Source of the DNA: Candidatus Eiseniibacteriota bacterium
Lineage (GTDB): Bacteria; Eisenbacteria; RBG-16-71-46
Direction: 5' to 3'
NCBI GenBank assembly: GCA_963707915.1
Contig: OY970178.1
Coordinates: 3,520,001-3,584,000 of the forward strand
DNA length: 64,000 bases
Shown here in pieces: positions 61,387 through 64,000 of the stretch. How positions within the stretch are numbered: the first letter of the stretch is position 1; every line of letters starts with the position of its first letter. The notes under the pieces were generated by a model that searched no databases, was not told where the DNA came from, and worked only from the letters and a program-made list of their open reading frames with translations. A program made the position numbers and the translations under genes.

Positions 61387-64000
61387 ATGAGACGATCCCT
61401 GGCTACTCTGCTCGTGCTCGCGACCCTGGCCGCCCTCTCCGCGCGAGCGGCCGAGACCGGCAGCAAGCCGGCCCATCCGGCCGGTGCCCGTTCCGCGGCT
61501 CCGGCCAAGTCCGCGACGCACGCCGGGCCCGACAGCCTGCTCAAGCCCGAGACCTTCACCGGGCTCGAGCTGCGTGGCATCGGCCCCGCCATGAACTCCG
61601 GACGGGTCATCGACCTGGCGGTGCACCCGACCCAGCGCGCCACCTGGTACGTGGCGGTGGCCTGCGGCGGGGTGTGGAAGACGGTCAACGCCGGCAACAC
61701 GTTCACCCCGATCTTCGACCAGCAGGGCCAGTACTCGATCGGCTGCGTGACGCTCGACCCCAGGAACCCGCTCGTCGTCTGGGTCGGGACCGGCGAGAAC
61801 AACAGCCAGCGCTCGGTGGGCTACGGCGACGGCGTCTACAAGTCCGAGGACGGCGGGAAGAACTGGGAGAACGTCGGCCTCAAGGCCTCGGAGCACATCG
61901 GCAGGATCGTGCTCGACCCGCGCGACCCGAACACGGTCTACGTCGCCGCCCAGGGGCCGCTGTGGGCCGACGGCGGCGATCGTGGGCTCTACAAGAGCGT
62001 CGACGGCGGGAAGGACTGGAAGAAGGTGCTGGACATCAGCCCGCGCACCGGCGTCACCGACGTGTGGCTCGACCCGCGCAACCCCGACGTGCTCTACGCC
62101 GCGTCCTACCAGCGGCGCCGCCACGTCTGGACGATGATCGACGGCGGTCCCGAGAGCGCGATCTACAAGTCGCTCGACGCCGGCGCGACCTGGAAGAAGC
62201 TCAAGAACGGGCTGCCGAAGGACGACATGGGGCGCATCGGGCTCGCCGTCTCCCCGGTCGACCCCGACGTCGTCTACGCGGTGATCGAGGCGGCGAACAA
62301 GGCGGGCGGCACGTTCCGTTCGACCGATGCGGGCGCGAACTGGGAGAGGATGAGCGACTACGTCTCGCCCAGCGCCCAGTACTACAACGAACTGATCCCC
62401 GACCCGCAGGTCGTGGGCCGCGTCTACTCGATGGACACCTGGATGATGGTGACCGAGGACGGCGGCAGGAACTGGAAGCGGGTGGGCGGGAAGTACAAGC
62501 ACGTGGACGACCACGCGCTGTGGATCGACCCCGCCGACACGAAGCACCTGCTCGCCGGCTGTGACGGCGGGCTCTACGACTCCTTCGACCGCGGGGCCAA
62601 CTGGCGCTTCTTCGGCAACCTGCCGGTGACCCAGTTCTACAAGGTGGGCCTCGACGACGCGAAGCCGTTCTACAACGTCTACGGCGGCACGCAGGACAAC
62701 AACTCGCTGGGTGGCCCGTCGCGCACCGTCAACCAGCACGGCATCATGAACCAGGACTGGTTCATCACCACCGGCGGTGACGGCTACCAGAGCGCGGTGG
62801 ACCCCGAGGATCCGGACGTCGTCTACGCCATGTCGCAGTACGGCGGGCTGGTCCGCTACGACCGCAAGACCGGCGAGCAGACCGACATCCAGCCGCAACC
62901 CGGCGCCGACAACGTGCCGCTGCGCTGGAACTGGGACTCGCCGTTGTTCATCAGCCCGCACTCGCACACCCGGCTCTATTTCGCGGCGAACAAGCTGTTC
63001 CGCAGCGACGACCGCGGCGACGCGTGGCAGGCGGTGAGCCCCGATCTCACGAGGCAGACCGACCGCAACCGGCTCAAGCTCATGGGCCGGGTCTGGAGCG
63101 TGGACGCGGTCGCCAAGAACGCCTCGACTTCGTTGTACGGCAACATCGTGGCGATCGCCGAGTCGCCGCTCCGCGAGGGCCTGCTCTTCGTCGGCACCGA
63201 CGACGGTCTCATCCAGATCAGCGAGGACGGCGGCAAGGCCTGGCGCAGACTCGACAAGTTCCCCGGCGTGCCCGAGCTGTCGTACGTCTCGCGGGTCACC
63301 CCGTCGCGGCATGACGTGAACACGCTCTACGCGACGTTCGAGAACCACAAGCAGGGCGACTTCAAGCCCTACGTGCTCAAGAGCACGGACCTGGGCCGCA
63401 GCTGGACTTCGATCGCGGCGAACCTGCCCGAGAACGGCCCGGTCTGGGTGCTGGTCGAGGACCACGTGAGCCGCGATCTGCTGTTCGCGGGCACCGAATT
63501 CGGCGTGTTCTTCACGAACGACGGCGGCAGGAAGTGGGTGCAGCTCAAGGGCGGCATGCCGCCGATCTGCGTCAAGGACCTCGCCATCCAGAAGCGCGAG
63601 AACGACCTGGTCGTGGCCACCTTCGGCCGCGGCTTCTACGTCCTCGACGACTACTCGCCGCTGCGCGCGGCCGACCCGGCGATGCTCTCGCGGGAGAGCG
63701 CGCTGCTGCCGTCGCGCCCGGCGTGGGCCTACATCGAGTCCACTCCGCTGGGCGATCCCGGCAAGAGCCAGCAGGGCGATGGGTTCTTCACCGCGCCCAA
63801 CCCGCCCTACGGCGCGGTCTTCACCTACTACCTGCGCGACGAACTCAAGAGCCGCAAGGCGGCGCGCCGGGAACAGGAGAAGGAGATCCAGAAGAAGGGC
63901 GGCGACACCTTCTACCCGCCGTGGGACGTGCTGCGCGCCGAGGCGCGCGAGGAGGACCCGGCCATCCTGCTGACCGTCACCGACGAGGCGGGGGCCGTGG
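61387..64000 (+). CDS. Secreted BNR/Asp-box repeat (VPS10/sortilin-like) glycosyl hydrolase-like protein, 3' truncated
   Basis: not in the ORF track because there is no stop in the window; MRRSLATLLVLA signal peptide, RGIGPAMNSGR, GGVWKT.NAG, repeated S.DGG..W Asp boxes, GGTQDN, GGDG. Confidence 0.9.
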   Translation, partial: MRRSLATLLVLATLAALSARAAETGSKPAHPAGARSAAPAKSATHAGPDSLLKPETFTGLELRGIGPAMNSGRVIDLAVHPTQRATWYVAVACGGVWKTVNAGNTFTPIFDQQGQYSIGCVTLDPRNPLVVWVGTGENNSQRSVGYGDGVYKSEDGGKNWENVGLKASEHIGRIVLDPRDPNTVYVAAQGPLWADGGDRGLYKSVDGGKDWKKVLDISPRTGVTDVWLDPRNPDVLYAASYQRRRHVWTMIDGGPESAIYKSLDAGATWKKLKNGLPKDDMGRIGLAVSPVDPDVVYAVIEAANKAGGTFRSTDAGANWERMSDYVSPSAQYYNELIPDPQVVGRVYSMDTWMMVTEDGGRNWKRVGGKYKHVDDHALWIDPADTKHLLAGCDGGLYDSFDRGANWRFFGNLPVTQFYKVGLDDAKPFYNVYGGTQDNNSLGGPSRTVNQHGIMNQDWFITTGGDGYQSAVDPEDPDVVYAMSQYGGLVRYDRKTGEQTDIQPQPGADNVPLRWNWDSPLFISPHSHTRLYFAANKLFRSDDRGDAWQAVSPDLTRQTDRNRLKLMGRVWSVDAVAKNASTSLYGNIVAIAESPLREGLLFVGTDDGLIQISEDGGKAWRRLDKFPGVPELSYVSRVTPSRHDVNTLYATFENHKQGDFKPYVLKSTDLGRSWTSIAANLPENGPVWVLVEDHVSRDLLFAGTEFGVFFTNDGGRKWVQLKGGMPPICVKDLAIQKRENDLVVATFGRGFYVLDDYSPLRAADPAMLSRESALLPSRPAWAYIESTPLGDPGKSQQGDGFFTAPNPPYGAVFTYYLRDELKSRKAARREQEKEIQKKGGDTFYPPWDVLRAEAREEDPAILLTVTDEAGAV

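Overview
Very GC-rich bacterial chromosomal segment, tentatively FCB-related such as Ca. Eisenbacteria (inferred from a secreted GH13 with a FlgD-Ig/T9SS-like C-terminal domain). Positions 1-35.6 kb form a large cell-surface glycan locus: GT2/GT4 glycosyltransferases, two Wzx flippases, a Wzy/WaaL-like protein, a priming sugar transferase, a frameshifted GT-C-like membrane protein, manC and a GlmU-like gene. Within it lies an apparently inserted, mixed-orientation block (about 7.2-23.6 kb) with a UDP-L-QuiNAc/FucNAc-type pathway, an AsnB-like ligase lacking the catalytic Cys, a three-domain PIG-L deacetylase and a decayed SGNH/MBOAT O-acetylation module. Two structured non-coding regions flank the priming transferase gene: a leader with a terminator, and a 6S-sized rod. 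The rest is housekeeping and metabolism: galT-like/glgA, aspartate kinase, tRNA-Gly, folE, SPFH/NfeD, alkaline phosphatase, an aminotransferase, GH13, hbd-like/ackA, FabH-like, Met gamma-lyase-like, feoB/Cys-rich ORF/feoA, and a 3'-truncated BNR/VPS10 protein. I saw no CRISPR array, integrase or transposase. All calls are by eye from motifs; no searches were run.
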